Below are positions 61,231 to 64,000 of a DNA stretch of 64,000 bases, piece after piece. The DNA comes from Takakia lepidozioides (Eukaryota; Plantae; Bryophyta), in assembly GCA_030704615.1 (NCBI GenBank), contig CM060731.1, positions 57,288,001 through 57,352,000 of the forward strand. Reading direction: 5' to 3'. The stretch's first letter is position 1, and the number at the start of each line of letters is the position of its first letter. Position numbers and translations under genes: made by a program. Below the pieces are notes generated by a model that saw only the letters and a program-made list of their open reading frames with translations, was not told where the DNA came from and made no database searches.

Positions 61231-63091
61231 CATGGGTAGATGATCAGTTGGTTGGTTTTGAGCTGAAGAGCATGACCCCTGCAGGGATGTCTCTCCATCT
61301 GTAGATCTTTTAGGAAGTGGAAGGCTAGGGCCCAGTTTTCTTATGACAGTGTTAGCTGATTTTCAGTTCTTCTCCTCAGCTCAGTGCCTTTCTGTTTCCA
61401 AGTTATGGCAGTAGTTTCTGGCTGTAGTCTCTTTTCCTGCTAGACTCTTTAATTCTATGCAGACCCCCTTCTTTGCTTGCCTTCCTTCTTACTACTCTTT
61501 CTTGTCTTGGTACGCGAAGCTGTGTCTTCCTCTTTCAGCCTCTATGGCACTCTATCCAGAGGTTATTTTTTCCTCTTTGTATCCAAGGACATTTTATGTC
61601 CATTACCTATAAAGTTCTGGAGGCCACTGTCCCCCCACTGCCCTCTTTGTCAACAAAAATAAAAAAATATAAAAAAACAACAATGGCTTCCATTCTATTT
61701 CCTAGAAACCTAATGAGAATTTAAATCAATTAATAATCTAAATATTATAATTGTATGATTTAATTTATTAAATTAAAATATTATTAAAAAAACTTCTTTA
61801 GACATGAAGTTATATACTCATGACTACATCGTGGCATTATATGATACGATATTTTTTCCCACGTGTAGGTCATATATGTTGTCCATGTGGACACGTGTCA
61901 CATCCGGAGTGCTACATGTGTCCCTCTGACGCCTCTCCAATGGAGTCATATACTTTGTAGACATGTAGTCATATAGTTAGTCATATATAAATCATATAGT
62001 TGTGACTACATCGCTCTCTGTACCATGACTCCAGGTGCCACGCACGCAGTCACAGCTATGACTTGCAAAACGCAGTCCTAAAGACTAGTCGCTATGACAG
62101 GGCTTTTTTCACTGCAGAGTGATGTAGTCATGAACGCATATAGGACTGAAAAAATAGTCATATGTGCAGTCATAAAAATGCTCATCTGTTGTAGTGGCAG
62201 CAAAAATGGCAGAAAGGCTAGCTCAGCAAGAATCCCCTGAATTGTCGAAGAGGCCAATGTGGCCAGGTGAGGCACGAGCGGTTAAAAGGTTTAGGAAGGT
62301 TCAACATCTGGTAGAATATAGTGTTGTGCTAGGTAGTGAGAGCTCTGATCCATCGACAGAAAAAGAGGACGATGATGATGTCGATGAGATCATCGAGAAA
62401 GTAGTGGACGATGTGGAGATGGAATATGGGGATGCTACCAGTGAGGACACTCCTTAACCTTGTTACCTTTAAACGTTTATGTAAATTCAAAAACTTGTTT
62501 CGTGTTTATTTTTTGTGCAGCTCCATGCAATGGATGGAGCAAAAAAGTAGTATGACTGATTGTCTTGAAGCATGGAAAATGTTGGAGTACATTTGCATTC
62601 TAAGCCATATTCACAATCCATGTTTTTTTCCGAATTAATGTCATTTCATTGTGGGCCAGAAGTCGGCACAGACTTCCCGGTCCCTACTTGTATTTTCCTA
62701 TTTACTGAAGCACACGATCTGTTTTTGGGAGAAATCGGCACAGACTTCTGCCTGCCCTTTTTAAGTTACATTTCCCCTATCTTCTGTTCCAGAAGTCGGC
62801 ACAGACTTTACTGATCACCAGGCACGAGAAGTCGCTGCCGACTTCTCGTTTTCCTCCGCCCTCGGTTAACTCTGGTAGTGTATGTGACGTGCGGAATTGG
62901 GTGGTACACTTTCTAATACCGTGCATTTATACATCCTAGACATTAAGTATGTGGCCATATCAGCTTCGCACACATCCCGAACCGGATCCGAGCCTCCGAC
63001 GTCCCTTCGGATTTTGGTATGGAGGAGGTTCGGGAACTCTGCTCATGGCTCATGGCTCATCTGCTCATCGCTCATGTAAAAACAAACCCCC

Positions 63092-63832
63092 TGCCTTGGA
63101 GAGGGGCCCAGAAGAAGAGCCTTGCTTTTATTCAAACTATCATTAAGACTTGTTCCTCACCGGGGGCCCGCATCATAGATTTGACTCTGGGCACGGGTTT
63201 GGCTTCTTCCCCATTGTCATCATTTAATTTTATTTTCATCATTCCATTCGTTGCTCAACATTTTTTTTCTAACATTTTTCATTTCTCTCCTGCAGGCACT
63301 TCCTACCATGCTGGGGCAGACACTTATTTGGTATGGAAGGGGATGGACATTTTCAATAGCCGAGCCTCGCAGAGTTGCAAGGGGCAACGTCTGCTGCCAC
63401 AGTGCAGGAGTCTGCTGTGCTTGTTGATCTCAACGAGGACCTCGACAAAGATTTTTCATGTGAGTAAGTTCATTTTGTCTATGCTTGTTCGTGAATGTTT
63501 GCTCTCCCCTCCCGTTTTGTTCGCTGATTCTAATGCAAATCTTGCATTTTGTGTGACAGGATATTATCTGCTCTCCCATGGCACAAGGCTTCCCATTTTT
63601 CGGAGTGACTTCTAAGTTCTGCTGCAGCCCTCCTCGTACTTACGCCCTCCCCGACTACGCGGAGGCCATTGCCTGGGTGCAAGCTGCTATGTTGTCTCCC
63701 CCCATCTATGGGTGGACTTCCCACAACTCATTCAGGCACCTCGGGGCAAGGGTGTTCATAGATGATAGTGCCGCAGTTTCAGGGGATAGCTGTAGTTCTA
63801 CCAGTGCAGACAATAGCTCTGCATGTACTTGA
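63092..63832 (+). pseudogene. MTase-domain and terminal exons of copy C, 3' part
   Basis: PWRGAQKKSLAFIQTIIKTCSSPGARIIDLTLGTG, then SPPRTYALPDYAEA. Confidence 0.82.
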
Positions 63833-64000
63833 AATGGAACATTCGTCGTTAATGAGGGGACACATTTCCTGTTTTTCATTTCTCCAGCTTTGTCCTACCT
63901 ACTTTCAAACTAATGTGTAATGACTGCATGGAACATCACATTTGGAAAAAGAAACAGTTTCTTCATTGTTAGTATCCTAACACCACCTTCATTCACCTAA

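Larger units (their letters stand above)
55762..62196. mobile_element. non-autonomous CACTA (En/Spm) element carrying host gene fragments
   Basis: TIRs CACTACAAGAGATGAGCGTTTTTAGGACT / CACTACAACAGATGAGCATTTTTATGACT, 3-bp TSD GCA, subterminal ATGACT(A/C)C repeats, and no transposase. Confidence 0.93.
2697..63091. mobile_element. MULE-like DNA transposon copy B (~10.5 kb after removing nested elements): transposase plus ParB-MTase
   Basis: 10-bp TSD TGCCTTGGAG at 2687-2696 and 63092-63101. Imperfect TIRs GGTCTGTATTTTCTATGAGC / GCTCATGTAAAAACAAACCCCC. Subterminal (C)ATGAG(C) repeats at both ends. Confidence 0.85.

Overview
Eukaryotic DNA, most likely from a non-seed land plant (inferred from PLS-type PPR, OSB, HAK/KUP and RPL32 fragments and GT-AG introns). 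I find no intact host gene. The window is a nested stack of transposons, most with readable ends and target-site duplications (TSDs). Outermost is the MTase gene of MULE-like copy C. Into it inserted MULE-like copy B (2697-63091, 10-bp TSD). B contains a ~14.8-kb Sola2-like element (4633-47374, 4-bp TSD), which contains a Ty3/Gypsy LTR element (7435-35346), which contains MULE-like copy A (12448-27627, 10-bp TSD). B also holds a Pack-CACTA (55762-62196), a MITE and an internal inversion. The main finding is the MULE-like family, present as four copies or fragments. It pairs a GCM/SWIM DDE transposase head-to-head with an intron-containing gene encoding a ParB/Srx-like domain fused to a bacterial-type beta-class N4/N6 DNA methyltransferase fold. 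Each subfamily fills its non-coding DNA and introns with its own palindrome: A has GAAATGCGGNNCCGCATTTC (about 44 copies, spaced at near-multiples of 10.5 bp) and B has GAAGTCGGCACAGACTTC. This suggests a transposon-encoded, sequence-specific self-marking or anti-silencing system. All copies carry frameshifts or stops, and all family assignments come from motif reading, not database searches.
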